64,000 nucleotides of DNA from the NCBI GenBank assembly GCA_010093705.1, contig MU006089.1, positions 2,653,561 to 2,717,560 on the forward strand, read 5' to 3'. Under the pieces are notes generated by a model. That model saw only the letters and a list, made by a program, of their open reading frames with translations. It did not search any database and had not been told where the DNA came from. Positions 1-13,167 of the stretch are shown in pieces. A program made the position numbers and the translations under genes. Position 1 is the first letter of the stretch, and each line of letters begins with the position of its first letter. The stretch comes from Patellaria atrata CBS 101060. Lineage: Eukaryota.

Positions 1-1428
1 TCAAGAGCACCCTCATATTTCTCCCAATTCTTTAGCGAACAATTACAAAGTCATGCTGGGAGAGCGGGTAACATAAACACGTGCTATATCGATCGTGATC
101 CAATAACTTTCCGTGACATCTCAATGCACCTTCAGGGATATCACGTAGCACCCCGGGATGGGGAGCATTTCGTGAAGCTATTTGCAGATGCTCAATTTTA
201 CAGCCGTAAGACTCTAACGCGCCCATCATGTATATCAGCTAATTAAGTGATAGTGCCTCGGCTCATACAACAACTTTTCAAAGCCGATATCTTCATTGAG
301 ATCGGAGGACGCCCGTTTAAGATCTCCCGAGACCTCTTCAACTCACCAGGCGATTCTCCGAACTTTTTCTCCCTAGGCTTTGCCCATTTCTTTAGCACCC
401 CATCCAATACGTTCCCTGGACTAGACCAGAAGACTCTTTTGCGGCCTCCTGCGATTCATGCTCCTGCATTACCCAACCGGTCAGGAGACATCTTTGCAGA
501 ACTACTACACATCCTTAAAGGGTACCCCGTTCATGTCCGCAATGAAGCACATCGTGCTGAGCTTCTTCGAGATGCCCGGTATTTCAATCTCAAGGGGCTT
601 GAACAACGTTTGATCCGCTGTGGTATCAGTTACAGTCTAACACGAGATCAAACTGAAATCCTAATTCGACTCGACGATATCAGGCAAAGTGGAATTTCTG
701 TCGCATTGGATTCGATAGTAGATGATGCCAACACGCCACCATCGTCAACGGCTCATCTCGGCCTTCCAGGTAGCAAGCCAACTACCCCGTCGCACAATGT
801 GGTCATTAACAATTCACATCCCGGTGTTGCCGTTTTATCGGGTTCTATCAAATATTCTCGTCCATACGTGGATGATACTTCTCACGTCCTCATACTTGAG
901 ACATCTAATGAATCTGCACGGCTAGACCTACAGGCGATGCGAGCGGAATTCGTTGGACAAACGAAAGCGCGTATCGCGAGCTTGTTCCAGATCATTGCTA
1001 ATAAGATGAACCTCCCTGCAACACAACCGCTGGGTTTGATGATGATGGCTAGTGGCGGTGGGGTCGCTGCCCAGCCACCCAGTCCGGCGAACAGTGGAGT
1101 AAGTGAGCATTTGGTTAAGATACGAGTCGATGACGATGCGTGTATACTTCTCGATGGAGAGGAGCTCGATCCTCCAGATGAGGACGTGGATATGGATAAG
1201 ATACTTTCGGATGAGCTGCAACTGAAGTTGAAAAGGCGGATGGGCTTCTGGAAAGTCACGCGTGACGATATGGGACCGACAGAGTGGATTGTGAGAAAGG
1301 GTCATTGGAGGATAAGGGTCCAGCAGGTTGAAGAGACGGGGAAAGTGGAGGTGGTGATGTGCGCTGTTCGTCTGGACGCGTTTAGCTCTGAGAGAAGTAG
1401 GAATAGGCATCGAGGGTTCTTAACGTAG
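1..1428 (+). CDS. BTB/POZ (K-channel tetramerisation-type) double-domain protein, fungal YLR108C/YDR132C-like; 5' end outside the window
   Basis: The upstream exon reads APSYFSQFF...YIDRDPITFRDISMHLQGY...KLFADAQFYS. An intron at 206-253 (gtaag...gctaat...tag) joins it in frame to ORF 247..1428 (LPRLIQQL...IEIGGRPFKISRDLF...LLRDARYFNLKGLEQRL). IDRDP and DAxFY/F are BTB motifs. Confidence 0.85.
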
Positions 1429-2552
1429 GGGACGTCAGTTGATAATCCCAGTAATTTCTTCGTACATATTAGATGAGAAATCTCCCGGAGAGAATAATTA
1501 CGGGGTACCCACCATATTACTCATCTATTGACTATTTCATTGGGAAGATGCTGCCTTCTTCGCACTCGCTGCGCGCTATTTGGTGCATCCCTTTATCGGA
1601 AACTTCTAGCTACGTGTATGACTGTGAAGACCTCCAACCGAATCGTACAGACGACACAAAGTTTTAGGATGATCCCACTGTGCATTACACTATCAAGCGT
1701 ACACTGTGCGTAAAGGTCCACGTGCACTCACTGTGACAAAGGGGGCATATATCAAACATGGTTGAACGTACAAAATACTCGCACGTAGCAATGATTTCGC
1801 CGTACAAGCATCTCTCTATCCAAAGACAACTTGTTCGACCGTACCAGTGACTCGACCTGATAAACGACTCAACCACACCGATACAAATGATTCCACAGTA
1901 CAAACGACTCAATCGTATGTATTTTTATAAAAGTTCCAATTCCAGCTTCTATCATCAAGCAACAAGGAACGCTAACAGAAACAACCATAGCGAAGCAGAG
2001 CCAAAATCTAGTGTTGAATAAAGAGATCGTTTATATGCTCAACAACAGAGTGCCTGAACAAAACAATGACCGTAGGCATAGAGTAAAAGAGAGAAGGTAT
2101 TTGTGCACCATAATGTCATTATTGTATTGAGGTTGAACTAGAACTCGAAATTTCGAAGACGGATTTTCAGTTAGAACTAACTTAATAGAACACACAGCCT
2201 AAACTCTGATGAACTTGTGCAAGGCTGCAGTGCAATTAGTTCAACAGATCATTGTCATAAAAGTCGTCAACCTAATGGATTCTAAGTTTCTATTACTTCT
2301 AGGGAAAGGGGTAACTACAGGTTGAAGTTGAGGGATGGATAAAGATCGAGTTACGGATGCTCCATATCAAAGCGTTCGTCATTGGTGATTGGCCCACAAG
2401 CGAGATCAAGCTAATCGCCCACACGCCAGAAATTCACGGCATCCAAGAACTACACCAAAGAAACCGCCGACGACACCACACCTTTCTTTCCCTCCACTCC
2501 TCACCGGCAAGAATAATTTGACCGAATCAGCACATATCGAACGACGGTCAAT

Positions 2553-3396
2553 ATGTCGGAAGGCGAAGTCGAAGTCGATTCCCCCCAATACCCCATCCTC
2601 CCCAAGGATGTGACCGAGGAAATCGGCACCGTTAAGCTCTTCAACAAATGGACATATGAGGATGTTGAAATCAGGGATATTTCTTTGACGTAGGCCTCAC
2701 CATTTCAACTTTGTCAGGTTCAATTGGAGAGGAATGGTCGGCATACTGGAAATTCGAGAATGGCTGGCAGAGTATCATGATATTCAACAAACGCTAACGA
2801 TATATCTCGCAATAGCGATTACATCCAAATCCGAACACCCGTCTACATTTCACATTCCGCCGGTCGTTATGCCGTCAAGCGATTCAGGAAAGCACAATGC
2901 CCCATCATAGAGCGCCTTACGAACTCGCTCATGATGAACGGTCGCAACAACGGTAAAAAGTTGATGGCCGTTCGCATTGTCGCACACGCCTTCGAGATCG
3001 TACGTCCTCCCTCTTCCAATTTTACCCCAACCACCAGACGTCAAGAGAACTTTTTTTTAACAAGTTACGCTGCTGCAGATCCACATCATGACCGACCAGA
3101 ACCCGATCCAAGTCGCCGTCGACGCCATCGTCAACTGCGGTCCCCGCGAAGACTCCACCCGTATTGGTTCCGCTGGTACAGTCCGCCGTCAAGCCGTTGA
3201 TGTTTCTCCTCTTCGCCGTGTCAACCAGGCAATCGCCCTCCTCACCATTGGCGCCCGCGAGGCCTCGTTCAGAAACGTAAAGAGCATTGCTGAGTGCTTG
3301 GCGGAAGAACTCATCAACGCTGCTAAGGGAAGCAGCAACTCGTATGCGATCAAGAAGAAGGACGAATTGGAGCGTGTAGCGAAGAGCAATCGGTAA
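2553..3396 (+). CDS. RPS5: 40S ribosomal protein S5 (uS7), 3 exons
   Basis: ATG at 2553 (MSEGEVEVD...KLFNKW). Introns at 2690-2815 and 3000-3078. Motifs [39 protein letters not shown] and [14 protein letters not shown]. Confidence 0.98.
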
Positions 3397-3953
3397 ATGG
3401 AGATCTGGGAGGATGTGTTTGGAAGGGCCATGGGAGAGGTTGTCTTGGCCAAATGGAGTGGAACAGATTCTGCATGCGTGTTCGGGAGCTTTTCACGGTT
3501 ATACTTGCAACGATAGCACAAAATGTATGCTCATTGCATGATTGAACGCGATATGGCGGCGAATACCAATGAGTGAGATCAAGGCGTTTCTCGTATTCGG
3601 AGAGCCAGCTTCTACAAAAGGCATCACACCGAATCTCTAGAGTATGGTCAATAATGCTAACCCAACACTCCGTATTTGTATACACGGCAGTACTGATCAC
3701 AGGCGTTGTTTAATACTAATACTCAATCCCTACCCGAGAAAGTGCATATCTATTCATACCGACGCCCCGTCCAACAAGACCATTATCAATGCCGCTAGAA
3801 CTTAGTCCTAGTCCCCCAAATAAAATAAAATTGGGTATCCCGCAATGTCGGCCAAAATGCGATACCATCCAAAGAGAGTAAGAAACTGAATAAGAATGGA
3901 ATCATCCCTTTTCCCAAACCCCTCCACTATCAACCATCGATAGCCCACCTTAC

Positions 3954-6019
3954 CTAAGGCCCCTTCCCCATAGCCCCGAAAGCCGGCGCACTGATATCCC
4001 TCCTCACAACCCCCTCAACCATCTGTCGTCTCGGCGTCGCCTGTCCAGCAGCCATACTCCTCGCCCTACCCCTCCTCTGTCGTATTTGCTCGAGCGCGGC
4101 CTCTCTGTCAATCAGCGGACCACCTACCATGCCAGTGCCCGGTGGGGGCATATTCTTCTCACCGGTTTCGGGGTCCCTATTCTCCTTCACCTCTGTGGGA
4201 TCGGCGGAGAAGGCGAGTTTGGTCGCTGCGGACTGCGACGGGACATTGGAGATGGTGCGGGGGGTCGTGAGGTTTGTGATGTTTTTGGGAGTTGACATGG
4301 GGTGGGAGTGGATGGTATGTGCTGGGTAGGGAGAGAATTGGATGGGGATTGTGGTCGTTGTGGTAATGGTGCGGATTTCGCGGATCGGGTGCGGATGGGT
4401 TTGGATGGGTGTTTGGGGTTGGTCATAAGACTGTTGGATTTCGGATTCGGGTTCGTCTTCAGTCTTGTCGTGGAATGTAGTGGACTGTTCGGCCTGCTCG
4501 GACTCGGCTTCGCGTTCGGTTTCGATCACAGGCGAACAATCGAGCTCTGTTGCGGGAATAATTGGGGTTTCTGGAGTTGTGGTAGAGGCATATTCGCTCA
4601 TAGCTTCACTAATAGAGTGCAATTGTTTTAGGGGGGAAGGTATACGGTGAAATGTCCCCGTTGATGGGGAGAATGCCATCTCGATGTCCTCATTTATAGG
4701 TGTTCGATCCATGGGCTCCTGTGGTTCTGAAGGAGATGGGTCGCGAGCTGCAGATGTCTTCCTGATGACAGTATCCTCTATTTCCATCTCGTCTTCCGCA
4801 TGTGGGCTTCCAGGAGGAGTAATATCATGTGGTACAGAGGCCTTGATGCGTTCGATCTCCTCGGCGTAGCTGTCATCATGGACATAGTGCATGCGATTCT
4901 GTTCTGCGATGCGGCAGGAGCAGCATTGAAATTGGCACTCCATTTTCATGAAGTCGATTTGTTCCTCTGCATTCTTTCGTCGCCGTCGTTCGGCCTCAAG
5001 TTCTTCTTGCAGCTCTTGTACCACTTTGATATCACCCCTTCGTTGTGGTGAAACGTTTTCCTTGTCTGAGCCAAATCTGCGGTGTTTCCGCGGTGACCGT
5101 ACAGGGGATGCAAACTCGTCGTCCTCGTCTTCTAGATTGGTCGTGGGAAGTGCGATGCTGCCTTCGGCTGCTATCCGCGCAACCTCTTCCTCCTTCAAGC
5201 TTGTTTTCAAGGCATCACGTTCCTGTTCCACTATAGTAATGCGTTCGCGAGCCTTGTCCCACTCCGACTGTACGGCTATCAATTGATATTGTGCTGAGAA
5301 TGCCTCCTGTTCTCGCTTTGCAAGCTTCATCTTTTCACTCTGCAGACCTGACTCCGTTATTCGCAATGTATTCCGCGTAGCTTTAAGTTCCTCTTGGACT
5401 TTTACGATTGCAGATGATGATTTAAACGCCTCTTTCCGTGCGCGCCTAATTTCCTTCTCGTAGAGAGCTTGGGCGTGGCCGTGGGTATCTTTCGCACGAT
5501 ATAGCTCTTCCTATTATGGAGTTCAGCGTTGATAAAGTGCGTATATCCGGTGATCTTCAAATAATAACTCACCATGACAACTTCTAGTCGTTTTGCAACC
5601 TTCCTCTCTCGGTCTTTACCCTCCTCAATTTCCTTCTTCATCTTGCGCGCTTCTTCCCTAATTCGCCTACTATCTTTCTCTATCGCAGCTTTCTCCTCCT
5701 TAACCTTCAGTAACTCAAGCTCTGCCATCTCACGTGCCATCTCTGATCGTCTTATTGCGATCTCATCTCGTCGCATAGCTTCCTTGTGATCCCGTATCTC
5801 GAGGGCATTGAATCGAGCAACCATGCCTTGCACATTCGCGTCTGAATTGTTTCGACTATGCGTTCTGAAAGGATCAGGGCCTAGGTCCGGAAGAGACGGC
5901 GACTGTACCATTCGTCCTGGACTTCCATACTGCGGACGATGGCCGTTGACACGCTCTGGTGAGACGGGAAACAATGGCGTGCCTGGGGAAACAGGAAGTT
6001 TGAAAGGTGGAGGATCCAT
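3954..6019 (-). CDS. Conserved hypothetical coiled-coil protein with Cys cluster (ECQFQCCSC), KEN boxes and a disordered S/T-P-rich tail
   Basis: ORF 5402..6019 is spliced (intron 5511-5572, gtgag...tag) into EELYRAKDTHGHAQALYEKEIRRARKEAFK, which is in frame with ORF 3954..5366. Heptad-rich E/K/R segments. Confidence 0.8.
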
Positions 6020-6507
6020 TCGGACCTGGAAATGTAAATTAGTCCTACTATAAGTGCGTTGCTTTACAGTGAATTGTATAAGTGGTGGGATGTATTATAG
6101 AGCCGGTATAACTTTGTAAAACGGAATATTATGCACTGAACTTTGGTGGTGGAAAGCTCGACAGGACTTTGTTGTTTATTCTCGCTTGTTGGCTGGAGCA
6201 ACGCGCACGGGAACCACGCTAACTACACACGTCGCGCTATTTCTAGGGCACATGCTTTCAACCACCTGCCTTTTATATTGTTTCAAACAACATTGGACAA
6301 AGGTACAATAATGACTTCTACGTCGTGTTGCTCGGTTTGCGCCTTTTTGCGAATATATATAATTTGTAGGTCATGAATTCTAAGTTCCTCTAGTTCTATC
6401 CAATAAGATTTCCCTTTCTTCGCTTCCATTACTCCAACTACATGTGAAATACCTTACATGTGAAATACATGTGAAATCCAAATCTAGGGTATCCAACAAA
6501 GAACCTC

Positions 6508-8294
6508 CTAGGAGTCCTCATATATGTTCGAGTCAAATTGGACCGGGAACTTATCTCTCCCATCCGCATCGCGATTGACATATACCGCCATGCTAGTAGC
6601 AGGGCAGCTGAAGAGGCCATATCCCTCATCGTCAATGATCACCTCCCTCTTACTCCAGCTTAGGACATCAGTCCACACTTCTCCCTTGTGCATTTCTCCT
6701 ACCGCCATGCGCTTTTCGTTCTCCTCGGCATTACTCATGATGACGGCCATTCCGAATGGTTTGTCCCAAGTTCCACGGCGCACCCAGCCGATGCAGTTGG
6801 CTTTGTCGAAGTAGTCCTCTTGGTCTCCATAACAGTAGAGCTTACGGGCAAGTGTCATGTCTGGGACTTTACCGTCGCAGGAAGGTGGCTCCGAAGGCAC
6901 TTTCTTACCTATTCCTTTCAAACCATAGATGTCACCATAGAAGACACAAGGATAGCCATCTTTGCGGAGAAGGACAAGGGCATGAGCGAGAGGTTTGAAA
7001 AACGGTTCAATTGGGGTCTCAACAGTCTGTCCCGGCTGAGTATCATGGTTCATGACAAGAGTCTGCGTCGTGGAATAAGCATCTGCAACTTGATATAGTC
7101 TGAGCATTTTTGTTACTCACCACAGTGTTCTCGGGTTCGATCTGTACAAAGGATTTGTCAAAGACGCGTCTGAGGTCCGCATCCTCCGACTTGGAGATCT
7201 CGGAGAAGGTGTAGACCAGTGGAGCATCGTAAAGAGCAAATTTGTGCTTCATTTGTTTCAACCAGTTTTGCATCGGCTTCCGTTCCGGAACCCAATATTC
7301 CCCAACCATGAAAATGTCATCGCCACATTCTTTTCTCACAGTCTCGATCCACTCCTGCGTGAATCCCTGAGAGAAATGCTGAACGGCATCGAGTCTGAAC
7401 CCTTTGAGACCAACTTCTTTGGTGATCCAAACTCCCCATTTCTTGACGTCTTCCACGACTTCTGGTTGATTGAAATCGACATCGGCGAACATCATAAAGT
7501 CGGCGTTTCCTTGCTCATCGGCGACGTCCTGGGCCCAGTTTTTACCGTCACCTTGGATCTTATAGATGGCTTTCTTTTCAGTCTCGGCGTCAAAATCCGT
7601 ACTTCATATAGTCAGTACCTTTTTATATATCGAAGTCCAGGAGCACAAACCCACTGAAATGGTACCAGTGCCATTTCATACTACTATATTTATCGCCACG
7701 TCCGGGAAACTCGAACCCGACCCAAGCTGTAATTTCGTGAGGTCCCGATGTTACCTTGGTACGGTCTATGATAGACAGTTAGTGATGGCTTAGATGAAGT
7801 ATCCTCCTGGAATTGACCGGAAGAGGGTATTGAGCACCTACCATCCCCTTCAACCTCCACAACCGTACACTTTTCCTTGTTATCGGCCGCTGCTTTATGG
7901 TTCAGCACGGCATCCCAGTACAGGCCCACACCATGCTCTTTTGCCTTCGCACTCAGCTCTAGGAGCTCTTCTTTCGATCCCCACTTCGTGGCCCTGGTTC
8001 CCTTCTGCTCGAATTCTCCAAGATCATAAAGATCGTAAATGTCATAGCCGGCACCATCAGGCTCGCCCGCTTTGCATCCAGGTGGAAGCCAGAAGTTGTC
8101 AATACCGCAGGCTTTCAGTGCGGGGAGAGCTTTGATCAGCCTCTGATAGTGCTTCCTGTCACTGGGAACGTTCCATTCGTATGCTTGGAACATGCAGTAA
8201 TTCTCGTGCGTCGGTTTCCTGACTTCGGAGAGTTAGTCTCTCAGTCCAACATGATTGTTAATGACAAAAGTGATTTTCTACTTTCGTCACCCAT
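6508..8294 (-). CDS. Intracellular bacterial-type alpha-amylase (GH13, subfamily 5-like), multi-exon
   Basis: Motifs MFQAYEW, GYDIYDLYDLGEF, DAVLNHK, GFRLDAVQH (nucleophile), VGEYW (acid/base), VMNHDTQPGQ and GYPCVFYGD. Introns include 7766-7841 and about 7603-7651. No signal peptide. The first exon (ATG 8294) is tentative. Confidence 0.92.
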
Positions 8295-10380
8295 TGTGCG
8301 TGATAAGGGATAAAGATAAGGATTCTCCTAGCTTCTATATCTATCTGCAAATTTGCTGCTGAAGGAAGAATAAAATAAAATGAATGAACAAATACGACGA
8401 GTATCAAGAGAAGTGGGATTTATATCAAGGTCGTCCAACGCACTAAATATACGCGTGAACAGTCACCCGGTGTCGCGCAAAAAAAAAAATCAAAAATCCG
8501 TCAAAACGTACCGTGGGTCATGCTCAGTGACGTCTTTAGGGTAAAAAGTTCAGGATTTGAGGTGCGTAGCTAAGGTATTCCTCCTACACCTCACTACAAC
8601 AAAGAACTACATCATAGCGAACACCTCCGAAGCGGAATCTTGGGCAGCGGAAAATTTTTCGTTGTACGACTGTCATGTTCTGAGCATATGCGCAATTGTA
8701 GAATTCTACGATCATCACTATTTACTTGCATTATCTCGCATTAGATCTATTAGGTCCGCGGAACGATGAAATCTGTTGGAAATCAGCATATTTAGCCCCA
8801 CTGCAGCCACTTGGGCAATAGGAAATAGTGACGATCGTATGCGACTGTTGGACAAGCATTAAGGACGTACTTCCGCAGACATGTATAACGGTCAAGCTAA
8901 GTCTAAAATAGATTGATGCGCAGAGAAAGAAGGGGCCTGCTGTATCTATAGGAGTTGACCGGTAAATGTAATTTGAAACCCAAAGTGTTCCTTTTCAGGT
9001 ACCGAGCAAGATCCGAGGACTCAATGTGCAGTATGCAGTATGCAATATGCAGTACGTCAATTGTCGATAACTGTCGAGGATACGAAAGCATCATACTGGC
9101 GTGTATGTACAAGTAGTGGTACAAACTACACAAGAGTAACGTAAACCGTTGACCATGCTGCATGTACCAATTTGCATGCGTTGGGTTTTATTTGAACACA
9201 CTGCCCTGTATGTTGTGCTAACTGTGCATATAGAGTGTCTACTGAACCCAGAGTCCCTGCTATATCGATAATCTCTGCCGTACCCATGGTCCCTACTGTA
9301 CAAGTACAGATTAGTTCGATGCCTCCAACGAGAGCTCAACACCTTAACGTGCCGATAAGAAAAGATGAAGCTAAGATTGAGCTTAGCTGCTTGTGAACCT
9401 TCTCCCTATCTTCCCCTATCACAAAGCCAACTAAATACTAACGCTTAGCATTGGCTACCATAACAATCTCTTCATGCTTGTCGCTGAGAACCGTCATTGA
9501 CCTGGCTTTCTTATATACCCTACTACTCCATTACTAGCAGGCAAGCTGGTCGCTAAGGATTTATGTCTCTTAGAACTTCAAGTAGTCCATACCTGAGAGG
9601 AATTTGGTACGTTAAAGTTGGAGGTTTATGGCAGAATATTAAAGAGGTGATAAAGGGGGTTTTCGTACCTCGAGGGATTTTCCGGTCTTCTCTCGACGAT
9701 CTATGACTGAAAACCCAGGACCGATAATTGCTCGTTAAGTAGGAGTCGATAGAGAGTGTACGCTACTCTCGAAGGTGATTAGTTCTGTATTATACCTCCG
9801 AATAAATATTAAGAGGGTGGCCAACTCTCCTATAGAATGTCATAACCGGGTCGAGATAACAACCGGATATTGTACTAGCGTCTTTGGCTGTATCTTGTTC
9901 ATTGACAAATTTGCTGCGACCACAAGCGATGCGATAAACTTTTATAAGCTGACGTCAATAATCTACAGACTTATATGCAGAGTATGAAGTGGAGTAAATG
10001 TAATAAATATCCTAATATCTGTAGAACGCCCCATCCGGATATGCTATCCTTCGGAACTGGATGCTTCTCCTTAAAATGCTATGGACTCTAATGCACAAAA
10101 GACACTCTAGAGCTTTGTGTCTACTCTAGTGAACATATGTTGAACATATGTACAACTGGTATGTACAGTGTGTGTGAAAGGTAGTATCAATGAGGAAATC
10201 ATCAAGTCGTGCGGAAGCAGCTCCTTTGCTTGGGATAAAGGAAAATAAGCAAAAAATGTCTACATCCCTGTTGCTGTACGCATGTTCAACTCTTTGATAA
10301 CTGTTGGATATGAGTTGAAGGGAACGAAAGGGTATAAGAAGTAGAACGAAAAGGGGTAAAGGTTTAGGAATTTAGAAGTA

Positions 10381-13167
10381 TTAAATGATATTGGCAATGC
10401 TGATGCGTGATGATCCTCCTGTGCCGGTGTTCGTACTCGCTGTATTTACTTGCCCCATCGAGGCCGGGACAACGGGCATTGCTTGTGGTTGAAAATGCTG
10501 CTGTCGAGGGCCTTGTCGACGCTGTTCATCCATCAGTTCGTGTAGTTGTCGTTCCACTCGCCGCCAATCTCCCCAGTCCCTTGATTCATTATCTGGTGAA
10601 TAACCTGTCGGTCGTCTGGGTGCAAAACTCCGTCCATCGACCGGGTTTGAGTTTTCCCTCATCTCAATATCCGTACGATCCATGGGGGAGGCGAGCATAT
10701 CAGGACTTTCTGGCCAGATCCAGGAGAAGTTGGTATCACCTTGCATGTCCCCACTCAGGTAAGCTAATATTTCCTCATCTTGTTCGAGATGCTCCTTGCT
10801 ACCAACGCCGGCACGGACTCGTCCTACAAGATGATCCAAGAAGAATGATATGTTCCGTCCACAGGCCATGTTAACCTTTCTTAGCTCTCCAACGGCCGAA
10901 CAAAATTTAATACAAGTGAGAGCTGCAGAGTATTCTGCACAAAAAGTAAGAAATAGAAGGCATCGCCACAAGTGTGTGCATAAGAAACTTGACGATGCTG
11001 GCGCGACTACAGTCCGAAATTCTGGTGTATCTATTATAAGGGATGAGTTGGTTTGCCGGAAGTCCCTCATGGTTCGGCTCAGGAGATGAACAGTATCTAA
11101 AGCGACAATACGACAACGGTGAATCGCGTTAAGCCTAGCAGAGGTAGCGCATGATATAGAAAGATTATGCCGATAAAAATGCAGCTTGACCAGTTGCAAT
11201 GTCAAAAGCAATGGGAGGATCTGAGGATCGATGGGTTGATCCACGGATGGTTGGCTCAGGTCTGGTAAGCCAGTGGAGATTGCATGGAAATGGTTGTCAT
11301 ACAAGTGTAGGGTTTCCTCTGGGATCCGGTCGAATTTCATTGCAGCTTTAATCTGTGATACGAATCGCATCGTAGGTATAGCAGCTGGCAGGCCAAAGTC
11401 TAAAGGCTTACCGCCGGATACTCCATCCACGAAGTTAGGGAAATGGGAAAAATTCACCTCGCTGTCGTCAATTGGAATGAGGATGGGACGGCCTCGTTCT
11501 AATGATAAAATCCTACCACAGGTTATCAGCAACCAATGTACAGACAGCTGTGGTCAGAATAACCGCACCGATCCCAAGTATAAATTGACCACCAAACTCT
11601 CCGCCGTAAATCTAATTCTTCCCGAGACCATACAATGTCATCATGGTCAAGCTCGACAACTTGCGCGATTCGTACAGCGGATCCCAACCAGAACCATCCC
11701 GCTGATTTTGAATTAGTCTCGGTAAGATAAATACTTATAAGAAGGGCGGCTCGCGCATCGTCTAGCGTAAAATCATCGATCCACATGCTCAGCAAACGAC
11801 CGGAAATATCGATAAAATCCTGGCCATCTATACCTTGGTTTGGGTTATTCGATGATTGTTCAATCCTCTGAAGTGTACCACAAGCTAGCAAAGCGAAGAA
11901 CAACGCCACCCATGACTGTGTAAGACCCTGAAAAGATCCTTTGGCATAGACGCTTTCAATCTCAAGGTGCAAGACATCCCAGTCCACTATTGGAGCCATG
12001 GAGTGAAGAGAGGAATCATGGAATTTCCCTAGTAAGAATTTCACCACAGCCCTAGAAGGTACACTCGGAAGTGGGAATAGGGCCTGATTTCGTGTTTGGC
12101 GTTCCTTTTGCTGATGAGCAGGCGGTACATTGAAGATCCCTATACCGCATGTGCGAATACCTTCGCGGACATGCTCGAATTCCGTTTGTCTTGACGCCTT
12201 TCGCTTAGTCTGTGTAGGCGGTCTCATGTTCAGCAGATTTAAGTTAGGGTCTCCGGATGAAACAAGGTCATTCGGCGTCTTTCGAGCTCGAAGGAGGTTT
12301 CGTAGATGATGGATCTCCTGTCTCGCGTCCGTTAACTGGCTTTGAAGATCTTGGACCTGCCTAAGTTCTATAAGCATTCACCCCCCAAGACCTGTCTAAA
12401 CACGGCTCCAATACAACTGCGCGCATGAAACAGCCGACAGCTCCCTTCAATATGGGTTGACAAATGGACTCACTTTATTGACGACATTCTTCGATTCGTT
12501 TCCTTCGTAAACTGGCACTTAACATTTCTACTCGAGCATTCTGAACAGCTTGACGTTTCCGTCGCATCGCACTATCCGTCATTACTGTTAGAACATGATC
12601 TAGTGTCTGACAGAAACTGTTCGAAAAATGTCTGGAAAAGTCTCTATACCCCTCGAGTCCGCGGTGGCGCAAACGTTTCGAAACAGTATCATCAGAGGAG
12701 ACAACTTTCACCGCATCCTCTGGCTATTTATACAAGAAGGATTGAGACGAAACTGATGCTTGACTGGAAAGACTTAGAGAAGATTATAATACCTTGACCT
12801 TCCTCTCTCGACACGCGTCACAACTTGGGTCCTTCCTTCTCTGTCTGTATGCTCTTTTCTGCGCAGACAAGTTCGAGGAAGATATGTGAGTCGGAGATAT
12901 TCCAGTCTGTGAGTTGAATGAAGGATCTTGCGAAGCATGTTGGTCCTGTAGACTCCCACTTGTTATACTTGGTGATGTCGAAGCAGCTCGAAAGGAATGA
13001 GGGAAAATTTGAGACGCGAGATTCCGTGATGGCCGAGCTATTTGCGTTTGCTGAGGTGGATGCCCAAACGGTTGAGGTCGCGCATCTGTGCCTCCGGTAA
13101 ACATCAAGGCAGGTTGGGAAAGTGATGATTGAGGTGGTGATGTCGAAGTAGGGGCTAAATGATCCAT
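10381..13167 (-). CDS. Zn(II)2Cys6 transcription factor with fungal-specific TF (middle homology) domain
   Basis: SCDACRERKVK|CDATETSSCSECSSRNVKCQF is assembled across introns 12572-12792 and 12361-12473. The middle-homology motif WFWLGSAVRIAQ...RRRVWWSIYTWDR is present, and the C-terminal exon is ORF 10381..11532. Confidence 0.93.

Noticed and set aside
8295..8700. AmyR-type CGG-N8-CGG site upstream of the amylase
   Set aside because: The nearest CCG pair (8498 and 8511) has a 10-nt spacer, and I found no exact match by eye.
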